From assembly GCA_050118655.1 (NCBI GenBank), contig JASFKL010000001.1, forward strand, positions 186 to 64,185: 64,000 bases of DNA, given 5' to 3'. Of the stretch, positions 49,237-59,737 are shown one piece after another. Positions within the stretch are counted from its first letter, which is position 1; each line of letters begins with the position of its first letter. The notes beneath the pieces were generated by a model. That model saw only the letters and a list, made by a program, of their open reading frames with translations, had not been told where the DNA came from and did not search any database. Source of the stretch: Gammaproteobacteria bacterium. GTDB taxonomy: Bacteria; Pseudomonadota; Gammaproteobacteria; GCA-001735895. Both the position numbers and the translations under genes were made by a program.

Positions 49237-50264
49237 AGAGCCGCAAGATCATTCACGTGGTTTCCTGTCACGCCGAGGGCGAGGTCGGCGACGTTATCGT
49301 CGGCGGCGTCGCCCCGCCTCCCGGCGATAGCCTCTGGGAACAGTCGAGGTGGATCGACCGCGACGGCCGGCTGCGAAATTTCATGCTCAACGAACCCCGC
49401 GGCGGCGTGTTCAGGCATGTCAACCTGTTGCTGCCCGCGAGGCATCCCGACGCCGACTTCGGCTTCATCATCATGGAGCCCGAGCACACCCCGCCGATGT
49501 CCGGCTCCAACGCGATCTGCGTGGCGACCGTGCTGCTGGACAGCGGGCTGATCGAGATGCAGGAACCGGTCACCGAGTTTACGCTCGAAGCACCGGGCGG
49601 ACTGGTGCCGGTGAAGGCATTTTGCGAATACGGCAAGGCGCAGAGCATCGAGGTTGAAAACGTCGCGTGCTTCGCCGGGCGGCTCGATGCGCCGCTGGAA
49701 GTCGAAGGCGTCGGCACGCTCCGCGTCGACACCGCTTATGGCGGTGACAGTTTCGTCATCGTCGACGCCGCCGGCCTGGGCTTCGAGATTCGTCCCGAGG
49801 AGGCCGCCGAACTGGCGCGGACAGGCGGGCGCATCACGCGCGCGGCCAACGAACAGCTGGGCTTCGAACACCCGGAAAATCCGGACTGGTCGCATATCTC
49901 TTTTTGCCAGTTCGCATCGCCGATCGAGCAGGACGACGGCGTCCTGGTCAGCCGCAATGCCGTGGTCATCGACCCGGGCAAGCTGGACCGCTCTCCGACC
50001 GGCACCGGCTGCTCCGCGCGGATGGCGGTATTGCATGCCAGGGGCATGATGGGCACGGGCGACCGGCTGGTCGGCAAATCGATCCTCGGTTCGCGATTCG
50101 ATTGTCGTATCGTCGGCGAAACCCGGGTCGGCAGCAGGCCGGCGATCCTGCCCGCGATCCGCGGTCGCGCATGGATCACGGGCACCCATCAGTTATTGCT
50201 GGACCCCGACGATCCCTGGCCGGAGGGATACCGGCTCAGCGATACCTGGCCGCTGAAAACCTGA
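49233..50264 (+). CDS. Proline racemase / 4-hydroxyproline epimerase superfamily protein with a non-canonical Ser/Thr catalytic pair (possible hydroxyproline dehydratase or epimerase-like)
   Basis: [21 protein letters not shown]-terminus; MSGSNAIC aligns to the family MCGHN motif; [14 protein letters not shown] aligns to DRSPCGTG. Confidence 0.8.
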   Translation: MKSRKIIHVVSCHAEGEVGDVIVGGVAPPPGDSLWEQSRWIDRDGRLRNFMLNEPRGGVFRHVNLLLPARHPDADFGFIIMEPEHTPPMSGSNAICVATVLLDSGLIEMQEPVTEFTLEAPGGLVPVKAFCEYGKAQSIEVENVACFAGRLDAPLEVEGVGTLRVDTAYGGDSFVIVDAAGLGFEIRPEEAAELARTGGRITRAANEQLGFEHPENPDWSHISFCQFASPIEQDDGVLVSRNAVVIDPGKLDRSPTGTGCSARMAVLHARGMMGTGDRLVGKSILGSRFDCRIVGETRVGSRPAILPAIRGRAWITGTHQLLLDPDDPWPEGYRLSDTWPLKT

Positions 50265-50392
50265 TGACCGCCGGGTATCGAAGCGGGACGCCGCGGATCG
50301 CCTTGATCCCGGTCAAATTGTATCCGCGGGTCATGCCGATATAATTGCGCATTCTCGAAACCGGAATACCGGATTCATTATCGTGCCCTGAA

Positions 50393-51820
50393 ATGCCCGA
50401 ATCGCCAATGGAAAAAAACGTCAGCAGCCGCAACACCCACGATAAGGCGCTGCGCATCAATCTCGACGAAAAGAAATACGGCACCATCGTCGAGATCGGC
50501 GCCGGCCAGGAAGTCGCGCGCCAGTTTTTCAAGGCCGGGGCGGCCGCGGGAACCATCGCCAAGACCATGTCGGCATACGACATGCAGTTTTCCGATGCGA
50601 TTTACGGGGTCCAGGAAGACCGCCGCTACGTCAGCCACAGCCGGGTGGAGGCGATGCTGAAAAAGGAATTCCAGCTGGTCATCGACCGGGTCAGCAAAAT
50701 TCGCTCGGCCTCGTCGCGCTATTTTTCCTATGCCGCCACGGTGGCCGCCAAGAGTTTCAAGGGCAACAACGAGTGCCATGCCTGGTGCGGTATCCGGGTG
50801 CAGATGTATCCGGGCGCGGAGCCGTCCGACATCGTCATCCACGTACGCATGCGCGACGGCGACGCGGATCGCCAGCAGCAGGCGCTGGGTGTGTTCGGTG
50901 TCAACGTGATTTACGCGGCCTATTACTACTTCGAAAACCCGCAAACCCTGATCGATTCGCTGACCGATAACCTCGAGCAGGGGCGCATCGAAATCGACTC
51001 GATCGAATTTCAGGGCCCCTACTTCGAAGAAGTCGACAATCGCGCCATCAACCTGCACCTGATCCGCAGCTGGAAAACCCGCGCCATCATGTTCCGGCCC
51101 GACGGTTCGGTCGCCGTTCCGGCCGAAATGCTTCACAAGAAAAACGTGCTCACGATTCGCGGTACCTTCAAACCGGTAACCCGCCTCAACGTGGACATGA
51201 TCGAGCAGGGCCTGAAGGCTTTCACGGGCATGGACGGCGTGACCGTGGAAAACAGCGTCGCACTGGCCGAAATATCGCTCAACGACATGCAGGGTAACGA
51301 TCTCGGGGTATCCGGAGAAGACTTGATCGAGCGCGTCAGCCTGCTGAACAAGCTCGGCTACAGCGTGATGGTTTCGGATTACACGCGGTACTTTTCGCTG
51401 CGCGCCTATTTCCGCCAGTTCACCAAGCTGCAGATCGGCATCGTCCTCGGGATCATGAACATCCGGCAGATTTTCGACGAGAACAGCTACCGCGGGGTCG
51501 AAGGCGGTATCCTCGAAGGTTTCGGCAAGCTGTTCCCCGATAATACGCGGCTGCTGGTTTACCCCGAAATCGACAACGCCGGGGAATATGTGGACTATCA
51601 AAGCGTCGTTTTACCGACGAATCTGCAATACCTGTATCGCCACCTGCTGGAGAACCATTTCATCTTCGGCATCGAAGCCAGCGACCGCGAACTGTTCAAG
51701 ATTCATTCGCGCGAGGTGCTCAAGCAATTGCCGGACGGCAGGGGCGACTGGGAAGCCTGTCTGCCCGAGGGTATAGCCGAGGAAATCATCGAGCGAAGGC
51801 TGTTCGGCTACCGGGACTGA
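50393..51820 (+). CDS. Conserved hypothetical protein (~470 aa), no family recognised
   Basis: Long uninterrupted ORF with coding-like composition; start ambiguous (TTG 50345, ATG 50393 or 50408); I could assign no diagnostic motif. Confidence 0.55.
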   Translation: MPESPMEKNVSSRNTHDKALRINLDEKKYGTIVEIGAGQEVARQFFKAGAAAGTIAKTMSAYDMQFSDAIYGVQEDRRYVSHSRVEAMLKKEFQLVIDRVSKIRSASSRYFSYAATVAAKSFKGNNECHAWCGIRVQMYPGAEPSDIVIHVRMRDGDADRQQQALGVFGVNVIYAAYYYFENPQTLIDSLTDNLEQGRIEIDSIEFQGPYFEEVDNRAINLHLIRSWKTRAIMFRPDGSVAVPAEMLHKKNVLTIRGTFKPVTRLNVDMIEQGLKAFTGMDGVTVENSVALAEISLNDMQGNDLGVSGEDLIERVSLLNKLGYSVMVSDYTRYFSLRAYFRQFTKLQIGIVLGIMNIRQIFDENSYRGVEGGILEGFGKLFPDNTRLLVYPEIDNAGEYVDYQSVVLPTNLQYLYRHLLENHFIFGIEASDRELFKIHSREVLKQLPDGRGDWEACLPEGIAEEIIERRLFGYRD

Positions 51821-51847
51821 AACGCCCGCGCACGGATTTGCCGGGGT

Positions 51848-53062
51848 TCAGGCGATAATCCCCGCAGCGCGGAGTTTTTCGAGATCTCCGGCGTCCAGCT
51901 CGAGCAATCGCGAGAGAACCTCGTCGGTGTGCTGGCCGAGCAACGGCGGGGCCTGCCGATAGTCGATCGGCGTACGCGACAGCCGGATCGGGTTGGCGAC
52001 GCTGGCGACGCTGCCGGCCGACGGGTGATCGAGCTGCAGCTGCAGACCGCGTGCCTTGACCTGCGGATCGTCGAAAACCTGATCGATTTCATTGATCGGT
52101 CCGCAGGGAATCCCCTCGGAGTTGAGTGCCTCCAGCCACGCGGCGGCGGATTTTTCACGCATGATTTCGGCGACCCGGGGAACCAGCAGGTCGCGATGCT
52201 CGACGCGCGCGCGATTGCTGCGAAAACGGGGGTCCTCCGCGAGTTCGGAGCGACCGGCGAGAGCGCAGAAGCGCGCGAACTGGGAATCGTTACCGACCGC
52301 CAGGATGATATAGCCGTCGCTGGTCTGAAACGCCTGGTAAGGGACGATATTGGGATGCGCATTGCCGAGCCGGCGCGGGTTTTCGCCGCTGGCGAGATAA
52401 TTCATCGCCTGGTTGGCGAGCGCGGCCACCTGCACGTCGAGCAGGGCCATATCGATATATTGTCCCTCGCCCGTCGCGCGCTGGTGAAGCAATGCCGCCT
52501 GGATCGCGTTGGCCGCGTACAGGCCGGTCAGGATGTCGGCCAGCGCCACGCCGATCTTCATCGGCTGACCGTCGGCCTCGCCGGTGACGCTCATCAATCC
52601 GCCCATCGCCTGGATCATGAAATCGTAGCCGGCGCGCGCCGCGTAAGGGCCGTCCTGGCCGAAACCGGTGATCGAGCAATACACCAGGGAAGGATTGATT
52701 TCTTGCAGGCTGTCGTAGTCGAGGCCGTATTTTTCCAGACCGCCGACCTTGAAGTTTTCGATCAATACGTCGGCGAGACGGGCGAGCTCGCGGATCAACT
52801 CCTGCCCGCCGGGTTGCGACATGTCGATGCATACCGACTGCTTGCCGCGGTTGGCGCTGTGAAAATAGGCCGATTCTGAACCCGGTTTGCCGTCGCGATC
52901 CGGCATGTAGGGCGGACCCCAGCCGCGCGTATCGTCGCCGCTGCCGGGACGCTCGACCTTGATCACCTCGGCGCCGAGATCGGCGAGCATCTGGCTGGCC
53001 CAGGGCCCGGCGAGGATGCGGCTCAGATCCAGTACCCGCACGCCGGCGAGTGGTCCAGACAT
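51848..53062 (-). CDS. Family III CoA-transferase (CaiB/BaiF; glutarate/succinate-type)
   Basis: GVRVLDLSRILAGPWASQMLADLGAEVIKVE...; start codon adjoins the gcdH stop. Confidence 0.85.
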   Translation of the reverse strand: MSGPLAGVRVLDLSRILAGPWASQMLADLGAEVIKVERPGSGDDTRGWGPPYMPDRDGKPGSESAYFHSANRGKQSVCIDMSQPGGQELIRELARLADVLIENFKVGGLEKYGLDYDSLQEINPSLVYCSITGFGQDGPYAARAGYDFMIQAMGGLMSVTGEADGQPMKIGVALADILTGLYAANAIQAALLHQRATGEGQYIDMALLDVQVAALANQAMNYLASGENPRRLGNAHPNIVPYQAFQTSDGYIILAVGNDSQFARFCALAGRSELAEDPRFRSNRARVEHRDLLVPRVAEIMREKSAAAWLEALNSEGIPCGPINEIDQVFDDPQVKARGLQLQLDHPSAGSVASVANPIRLSRTPIDYRQAPPLLGQHTDEVLSRLLELDAGDLEKLRAAGIIA

Positions 53063-54247
53063 CTAGAAGAATGCCTGGATGCCGGTTTGCGCCCTGCCCA
53101 GGATCAGGGCGTGGATATCGTGGGTACCCTCGTAGGTATTGACCGCCTCGAGGTTCATCGCGTGGCGGATGACGTGATACTCGTCGGCGACCCCGTTACC
53201 GCCGTGCATGTCGCGTGCGACGCGGGCGATGTCGAGCGCCTTGCCGCAGTTATTGCGTTTCATCATCGACACCAGCTCCACCGGGCAGTTGCCGGCATCC
53301 ATCAGGCGCCCCATTTGCAGGCAACCCTGCAACCCCAGGGTGATCTCGGTCTGCATGTCGGCGAGCTTCTTTTGCACCAGCTGGGTCGCCGCCAGCGGCC
53401 GGCCGAACTGGTTGCGGTCGAGCGTGTACTGGCGCGCGGCGTGCCAGCAGAATTCGGCCGCGCCCATGCTACCCCAGGCGATACCGAAACGCGCCCGCGT
53501 CAGGCAGCCGAAAGGCCCCTTCAGGCCCTCGACGTTCGGCAACAGGTTTTCCTCCGGCACGAAAACGTCCTGCATCGCGATTTCACCGGTTACCGAGGCG
53601 CGCAGCGAAAACTTGCCTTCGATCCCGGGTGTCGTCAATCCGTCCATGCCGCGCTCGAGGATAAAACCGCGAATCACGTCGTCGAGCTTGGCCCAGACAA
53701 CGAAAACGTCGGCGATCGGCGAATTGGTGATCCACATTTTGGCTCCCTTGAGCCGATATCCGCCGTCGACCGCGGTGGCCGTGGTTTTCATGCTCGCGGG
53801 ATCCGATCCGGCATCGGGTTCGGTGAGCCCGAAACATCCCACCAGCTCGCCGCTGGCGAGCCCGGGCAGATACTTGCCGCGCTGTTCGTCGCTACCGTAG
53901 GCATAAATCGGATACATGACCAGCGACGACTGCACGCTCATCGCCGAGCGGTAACCGCTGTCGACGCGCTCGACCTCGCGCGCGATCAACCCATAGGACA
54001 CGTAGTTGACGCCGGCACAGCCGTATTCCTCGGGAAGCGTCGCTCCCAGCAATCCCAGCTGGCCGAATTCGTTCATGATTTCGCGATCGAACACCTCGTC
54101 GCGATTGGCCCTGCGGATGCGCGGCATCAATTGCTGCTGGCAGTAGTCGCGGGCCGCATCGCGGATCAGGCGCTCCTCGTCGGCGAGCTGCTGCTCGAAA
54201 AACATCGGATCCTGCCAGTCGAAAGTTACGCGTTTTGCTTGGGTCAT
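53063..54247 (-). CDS. gcdH: Glutaryl-CoA dehydrogenase
   Basis: Acyl-CoA dehydrogenase fold with GcdH-type N-terminus [13 protein letters not shown]..., [13 protein letters not shown]; paired with a CoA-transferase as in Pseudomonas. Confidence 0.87.
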   Translation of the reverse strand: MTQAKRVTFDWQDPMFFEQQLADEERLIRDAARDYCQQQLMPRIRRANRDEVFDREIMNEFGQLGLLGATLPEEYGCAGVNYVSYGLIAREVERVDSGYRSAMSVQSSLVMYPIYAYGSDEQRGKYLPGLASGELVGCFGLTEPDAGSDPASMKTTATAVDGGYRLKGAKMWITNSPIADVFVVWAKLDDVIRGFILERGMDGLTTPGIEGKFSLRASVTGEIAMQDVFVPEENLLPNVEGLKGPFGCLTRARFGIAWGSMGAAEFCWHAARQYTLDRNQFGRPLAATQLVQKKLADMQTEITLGLQGCLQMGRLMDAGNCPVELVSMMKRNNCGKALDIARVARDMHGGNGVADEYHVIRHAMNLEAVNTYEGTHDIHALILGRAQTGIQAFF

Positions 54248-54306
54248 GGGTTATAGAGGCTCGAAGACGGAGACCAGATTTTATCGCCGTGCGCGCAGAT
54301 TGCCAG

Positions 54307-55638
54307 TCAATTTCCGCTCCCCGCGTTCGAACTCGCGGCACCGGGCCCGCGCCGATCGGCGATTTGCAACGCCAGGGTTCCGTAGTTGTAATAAGCGGCG
54401 CGAAGCTTGCGCCAGTGCTCGCGATGGACCGCCTCCACGGGAAACGGAAAATCGCGCAAATCGTCCCTGACCAGGGCCTCGGCCAGGTGTTTGCCGATCA
54501 CCGTGCCCGGACCGATACCGCGCCCGTTGTAACCCGCCGGCGCATAGATTCCCGGGGCGATCAGCTGCACGCGCAGAATCTTGCTGTCGGTAACCCCGAC
54601 CTGCCCGCTCCAGCGATACACCCAGCGCAGGCCCCGGGTTTGCGGAAACAGGCGGTTGCGATTGCGCGTCATCCAGTTTTCGCGCGGCGCGCGCTGGTAT
54701 CCGGCCAGTCTCCCCGCACTACTCATGATCAGCCTTCCGGCCGAATCGACCCGCGACGACGTCATCAGGCTCTGCGTATCCCAGAGACCCTGTCGCTGCG
54801 GGATGATGCGCGCGGCGAGCTCGGGCGACAGCGGTTCGCTGGCGCACTGGAAGATGAACACCGGCAGGGTCGACGCACGCACCTGCGCGTTATTTCGATC
54901 GGCATAGGCATTGGTCGCGAGGATGACCCGCGACGCGGAAACTTCGCCGGCGGCGGTGCTTGCCAGCCAGCGATCCTGCCTGCGCTCGAGACTCGATATA
55001 GCGGAGTCCTGGAAGATCCGCGCCCCCGCACCGAGCGCGGCCGCGGCCAGCGAGCGAGCGTAATTGAGCGGATGAATGGTGCCGGCACCGGGATCGAGGA
55101 TACCCCCATAGCGATAGCAGGGCGACGCCGATATCCTCGACGCGGCCGGGCCGTCGATCAGTTCGACCGCGGCGCCCAGCGCCTGCAGTTGGCTACAGCG
55201 ATCCTCGAGCGTCTTCATCGCCGCGGCACTGTGCGCGATATGTACCGTGCCGGCGCGCCGCGCTTCGCAGTTCATCGAAAACCGTTCGATCAGCTCGAAG
55301 ACCAGCGCCGGCGAGTCCCTTAGCGCCCGGTAGAATCGCTCGCCCTTGTCCGCGCCGAGTTGCCGGGCCACGTGACGCGGATCTTTCCACACTCCCGCGT
55401 TAACCAGGCCGGCGTTGCGCCCCGACCCGCCGAAGCCGATCGACCTGGCCTCCAGCAAGACCACGTCGACACCCTGCTCGGCGAGGTGCAGGGCGCTCGA
55501 CAGGCCCGTATACCCGCCGCCGACGACGAGCACGTCCGCGCGCAGCGATTCCCGCAGGCGATCGTCGACCGGGTTGTCGATTGCAGTTGCTCCCCAGAGC
55601 GAGTTTTCTCCGGGATCCTGCGGTAAAAAGTCTGCCAT
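54307..55638 (-). CDS. FAD-dependent oxidoreductase (DadA/PuuB-like amine oxidase family)
   Basis: Rossmann motif VLVVGGGYTGLSSALHLAEQG; start set at MADFLPQ (55638). Confidence 0.8.
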   Translation of the reverse strand: MADFLPQDPGENSLWGATAIDNPVDDRLRESLRADVLVVGGGYTGLSSALHLAEQGVDVVLLEARSIGFGGSGRNAGLVNAGVWKDPRHVARQLGADKGERFYRALRDSPALVFELIERFSMNCEARRAGTVHIAHSAAAMKTLEDRCSQLQALGAAVELIDGPAASRISASPCYRYGGILDPGAGTIHPLNYARSLAAAALGAGARIFQDSAISSLERRQDRWLASTAAGEVSASRVILATNAYADRNNAQVRASTLPVFIFQCASEPLSPELAARIIPQRQGLWDTQSLMTSSRVDSAGRLIMSSAGRLAGYQRAPRENWMTRNRNRLFPQTRGLRWVYRWSGQVGVTDSKILRVQLIAPGIYAPAGYNGRGIGPGTVIGKHLAEALVRDDLRDFPFPVEAVHREHWRKLRAAYYNYGTLALQIADRRGPGAASSNAGSGN

Positions 55639-55808
55639 GGCGTTGCTTCTGTGGACGACGCCGGAATTGTCCGCGATCCGTGGTTTTATTGCCAGTCCGC
55701 GCATTATATCAGCATTGCGCATGCACTCATTCGGCTCATGCGATATACGGGCTAGCCAAGGCAGGAAAAATCGATAAGAATCCGGGAATTGAAATCAGTG
55801 GAGCCTTC

Positions 55809-57245
55809 ATGAGCGTCGACGAGTTGTGTTATCTGACCGCCGCGCAGGCGATCGGCAAATTTACCGACGGCAGCCTGTCGCCGGTCGACCTGATGCAGGC
55901 GATAGCCAGCCGCACCGATGCCGTCGAGCCGTCGGTCAATGCCTTCACCGAAACCTGGTTCGAAGACGCGCTGGAAAAGGCGCGCGAGGCCGAGGCGCGT
56001 TACCGCAACGGAACCCAGCGCCCGCTCGAAGGCATTCCGCTCGCGGTCAAGGATGAATTCAAGCTCGCGGGCCGGCGGCGTACTTCGGGTTCGCTGGTTT
56101 ACCGCGATCGGGTCGACGACGAAAGCGACGTCATTATTCAACGATTGCTCGACGCCGGCGCGATCGCGCATGCGAAAACCGTGACACCCGAATTCTGCCT
56201 GCTGGGCTCCTGCCATTCGCGCCTCTGGGGGGTGACCCGAAACCCGTGGAACCTCGATATCACCAGCGGCGGTTCGTCCGGGGGTTCGGGAGTCTCGCTC
56301 GCCGCCGGCACCACGATCATCGCCACCGGCACCGATATCGGCGGATCGATTCGCATCCCGTCGGCACTCTGCGGAACCGTCGGTTACAAACCGCCTTACG
56401 GCAGGAACCCGGAAATCCCCGTATTCAACCTCGATTTCTACAGCCATTCGGGACCGATGACACGCAGTGTCGGCGATGCCGCGATGATGCAGAATATCGT
56501 CTCGGGCGTGCACAACCGCGATATCGCCAGTCTGCGCGAAAAACTGGTGCTCGACGCCTCGATCCCGGCCGATCTCTCGGGCTGGAAAATCGGCTATTCG
56601 CTCGATCTCGGCTTCATGGAAGTCGATGCCTCGGTGCGCGACAATACCCTCGCCGCGCTGGATATCCTGCGCGGACTCGGCGCGCAGGTCGACGAGGTCG
56701 AACTCGGCTGGGACGAAGCGATCATCCAGGCGGCGCACAGCTACTGGGCGCACGGCTGGGCCGCGCCGATGGAACGCCTGCTCGACGAACATCGCGATCA
56801 ACTCTGCGACTACACGGTCTGGTTCGTCGAAAACTCCCGCCGCTCGACGCCGCGCGACTACCTCGAATCGATCGAGACCGCGGTAGGTATGTACGACCGC
56901 TTCGGTCCGCTGATGGATGAGCTCGACCTGTTCGTCTGCCCGACCCTGATGACCACCGGGATACCGAACGACAGTACCTGGCCCGATAACGAGGTCGAAA
57001 TCAACGGCCGGATTCACCGGCTCAGCGAAGAGCACTGGTCGGCGACTTATCCGTTCAATATGCTGAGCCGTTGCCCGGTGATTTCGATGCCCAGCGGCCT
57101 GGCCGCCAACGGGGTGCCCACCGCGGTACAATTCGTCGCCCGGACTTACGACGATCAGCGGGTTTTCAGTGCCGCGCTGGCTTACGAGCAGGCCTTCGAG
57201 CGCCCCCTTTACCAACTCGATAAACGCATTTCAGCCGGAGAATAG
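55809..57245 (+). CDS. Amidase-signature family amidase
   Basis: GGSSGGSGVSLAAG Gly/Ser-rich amidase signature; Ser-cisSer-Lys context; RBS GGAG. Confidence 0.85.
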   Translation: MSVDELCYLTAAQAIGKFTDGSLSPVDLMQAIASRTDAVEPSVNAFTETWFEDALEKAREAEARYRNGTQRPLEGIPLAVKDEFKLAGRRRTSGSLVYRDRVDDESDVIIQRLLDAGAIAHAKTVTPEFCLLGSCHSRLWGVTRNPWNLDITSGGSSGGSGVSLAAGTTIIATGTDIGGSIRIPSALCGTVGYKPPYGRNPEIPVFNLDFYSHSGPMTRSVGDAAMMQNIVSGVHNRDIASLREKLVLDASIPADLSGWKIGYSLDLGFMEVDASVRDNTLAALDILRGLGAQVDEVELGWDEAIIQAAHSYWAHGWAAPMERLLDEHRDQLCDYTVWFVENSRRSTPRDYLESIETAVGMYDRFGPLMDELDLFVCPTLMTTGIPNDSTWPDNEVEINGRIHRLSEEHWSATYPFNMLSRCPVISMPSGLAANGVPTAVQFVARTYDDQRVFSAALAYEQAFERPLYQLDKRISAGE

Positions 57246-57247
57246 CG

Positions 57248-58279
57248 ATGCTTACGGTGTTTAGCGAAAAACACGCCCTGCGCGACGCCAAAACCGAACT
57301 CTACGGCGGCAAACTGGTGCCCCCGTTCGAATGCCCGGTGCGCGCCGAGCACGTACTCGATCGCGTGCGCGAGGTCGGGCTCGGCGAAATCCTTGCGCCG
57401 CGGGAATTCGGCATCGAGGCCGTGACTCGCGTGCACGATGCCGACTTCGTGCGTTTCCTCGAGACTTGCTGGAAGGAATGGACCGCGCTGGGTTACGACG
57501 GCGAGGCGATCGCCAACTGCTGGCCGGCGCGCGGCATGCATCTGGATCGGGTACCGCGGCATATCGAGGGTAAGCTCGGACATTATGCGATGGCCGCGGA
57601 AACCTCGATATCCAGCGGCACCTGGGAAGCGGCGCGCGCCAGCGTCGACGTCGCTTTGACCGCGCAGGCGGCGATACGGGACGGCGCCAGGGAAGCCTTT
57701 GCCCTGTGCCGGCCGCCGGGTCACCACGCGGCGGAGGATATGTTCGGCGGTTACTGCTTCATCAACAATGCCGCGGTTGCCTCGCAGGCATTCCTCGACC
57801 AGGGGGCCTCGAGGATCGCATTGCTCGACGTCGACTTTCACCACGGCAACGGCAGCCAGGCGATTTTTTATCAGCGCGACGACGTCATGTTCCTGTCGCT
57901 GCACGGCCACCCCGAAGATGCTTTCCCGCACTTCCTCGGTTACGCGGACGAAACCGGCGCCGGCGCCGGTGAGGGTTATAATCATAATTACCCGATGGGT
58001 CCGGGTACCAATTTCAGGACCTGGGGCAGCGCGCTCGACGACGCTTGCAAAAAAATCGCCGCCTATGCGCCCGATGCATTGCTGGTCTCGCTCGGTGTCG
58101 ACACTTTCGAGCACGACCCGATATCCTTTTTCAAGCTGACCAGCGACGACTTCAAGCGCTACGGAGCAACCCTCGGCCGGCTCGGTCTGCCGACACTGTT
58201 TTTGATGGAAGGCGGTTACGCGGTCGAGGAAATCGGCGTCAACGCGGTCAACGTGCTCGAAGGCTACGAGGGCCGGTGA
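57248..58279 (+). CDS. Histone-deacetylase-family amidohydrolase (acetylpolyamine amidohydrolase / AcuC-like)
   Basis: CRPPGHHA, DVDFHHGNG and EGGY motifs typical of the arginase/deacetylase fold. Confidence 0.85.
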   Translation: MLTVFSEKHALRDAKTELYGGKLVPPFECPVRAEHVLDRVREVGLGEILAPREFGIEAVTRVHDADFVRFLETCWKEWTALGYDGEAIANCWPARGMHLDRVPRHIEGKLGHYAMAAETSISSGTWEAARASVDVALTAQAAIRDGAREAFALCRPPGHHAAEDMFGGYCFINNAAVASQAFLDQGASRIALLDVDFHHGNGSQAIFYQRDDVMFLSLHGHPEDAFPHFLGYADETGAGAGEGYNHNYPMGPGTNFRTWGSALDDACKKIAAYAPDALLVSLGVDTFEHDPISFFKLTSDDFKRYGATLGRLGLPTLFLMEGGYAVEEIGVNAVNVLEGYEGR

Positions 58280-58340
58280 CCGGCGGCGCCTTTCGCCGAC
58301 TTACCGACCGCGCCTTTCCCGCGGTCGCGATACCCGGGGT

Positions 58341-59303
58341 ATGAAAAGCCTCGCCCTGCTCAGTCCCAATACTCGCGGCGTGCTCTGCCTGGTCGTCGCA
58401 ATCGCCTGCCTGACGGTCAGCGACGCGATCATCAAGTGGCTCAGTCCGGAGCTGGCACTGCACCAGATCACCCTGCTGCGCTCGTTAATCGCGCTGTTGC
58501 TGGTATTTCTGATCGCGTATCTCGAAGGTGGATGGCATACCCTGAAGACCCGCCGCCCGGTACTGCATTTCATCCGCGGATCGCTGCTGGTGCTGGCCAA
58601 CATGTTCTTTTTCACCGCCCTCGCGGCCCTGCCTTTGGCGGAAACCGTGACCCTGTTTTACACCGCGCCGCTGTTCATCTGCCTGCTGTCCTGGCCGGTA
58701 CTCGGCGAACGCGTCGGCGCATCGCGCTGGATCGCGATCGCGGCCGGAATGGCCGGGGTGGTGATCATGATGCGCCCGGGAGCCGAACTGTTTCGCTATA
58801 CCAGCCTGTTGCCGGTGCTGGCGGCACTCAGTTACGCGGCGATGACGATGCTGACGCGCAAGCTCGGGCTGCGAGAAACCGCGGGGGCGCTGACTTTTTA
58901 CATCCAGCTCGCGTTCATCTTCGTCAGCGCCGCGGCGGGGATTTTGATCGGCGACGGCGAATACGATATCTACGCAAACCCGTCGCTGCAATTCCTGCTG
59001 CGCGAGTGGCGCTGGCCCGACGCGACGCAACTGCAGCTGATCGCTGCCTGCGGAGTCATCGTCGCCTTCGGGGGCTACCTGATTTCACAGGCCTATCGGA
59101 TCGGCGAAGCCTCCGCCGTGGCGCCGTTCGAATACGCCTCGCTGCCGTTCGCGCTGCTGGTCGGCTATTACCTGTGGGCGGACTGGCCCGAGCCGCGCGC
59201 CTTTCTCGGCACCGGCCTGATCATCGGCAGCGGCCTGGTGGTCGTCTATCTCGACAACCGCGCATGGCGAAAATCGATGCGCCCGGCACAAATCGACTTT
59301 TAA
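58341..59303 (+). CDS. EamA/DMT-superfamily transporter
   Basis: 10 predicted TM helices in two EamA-like repeats. Confidence 0.8.
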   Translation: MKSLALLSPNTRGVLCLVVAIACLTVSDAIIKWLSPELALHQITLLRSLIALLLVFLIAYLEGGWHTLKTRRPVLHFIRGSLLVLANMFFFTALAALPLAETVTLFYTAPLFICLLSWPVLGERVGASRWIAIAAGMAGVVIMMRPGAELFRYTSLLPVLAALSYAAMTMLTRKLGLRETAGALTFYIQLAFIFVSAAAGILIGDGEYDIYANPSLQFLLREWRWPDATQLQLIAACGVIVAFGGYLISQAYRIGEASAVAPFEYASLPFALLVGYYLWADWPEPRAFLGTGLIIGSGLVVVYLDNRAWRKSMRPAQIDF

Positions 59304-59391
59304 CTTGTCCAACGTCAATGCTTACCGCGATCCGTAGCGCGATACTCGGATCGTTAAACCTTTCAAGTCAAATGCCAGTCCAACGGAGAAA

Positions 59392-59727
59392 TTGATGACC
59401 GACGAAGCCCGATTCAGACAGACCCTGCTCGATATGAAAAACGATCTGACCCGGCGTATAGACTCGATCGACAAGACCATTCGCCACGAGGGCATGTCCG
59501 CGGACTGGAGCGAACAGGCCAGCGAACGCGAAAACGACGAAGTCCTCGAGTCGCTGGGCAGCAATTCGGAAAAGGAATTGCAGATGATCAAATACGCGCT
59601 GAAACGAATCGAGGACGGCAGCTATTTCCTCTGCGACCGCTGCGGCGCGAAAATTCCCGAAGCCAGGCTGGAGCTGCTGCCTTTCACGCCTTACTGCGTC
59701 GACTGCGCCGAGAAAATCGAACCCTGA
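59392..59727 (+). CDS. DksA/TraR-family C4 zinc-finger protein
   Basis: C-terminal CDRCGAKIPEARLELLPFTPYCVDCA with an upstream coiled-coil-like region; RBS GGAGA. Confidence 0.7.
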   Translation: MMTDEARFRQTLLDMKNDLTRRIDSIDKTIRHEGMSADWSEQASERENDEVLESLGSNSEKELQMIKYALKRIEDGSYFLCDRCGAKIPEARLELLPFTPYCVDCAEKIEP

Positions 59728-59737
59728 GAAACTTATC

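Noticed and set aside
49176-57215. Antisense ORFs across the catabolic modules (49176..50189 -, 50378..51601 -, 51929..52879 +, 53087..54256 +, 54235..55323 +, 55752..57215 -, 57209..58114 -)
   Set aside because: Each mirrors a gene with clear enzyme-family motifs on the other strand.
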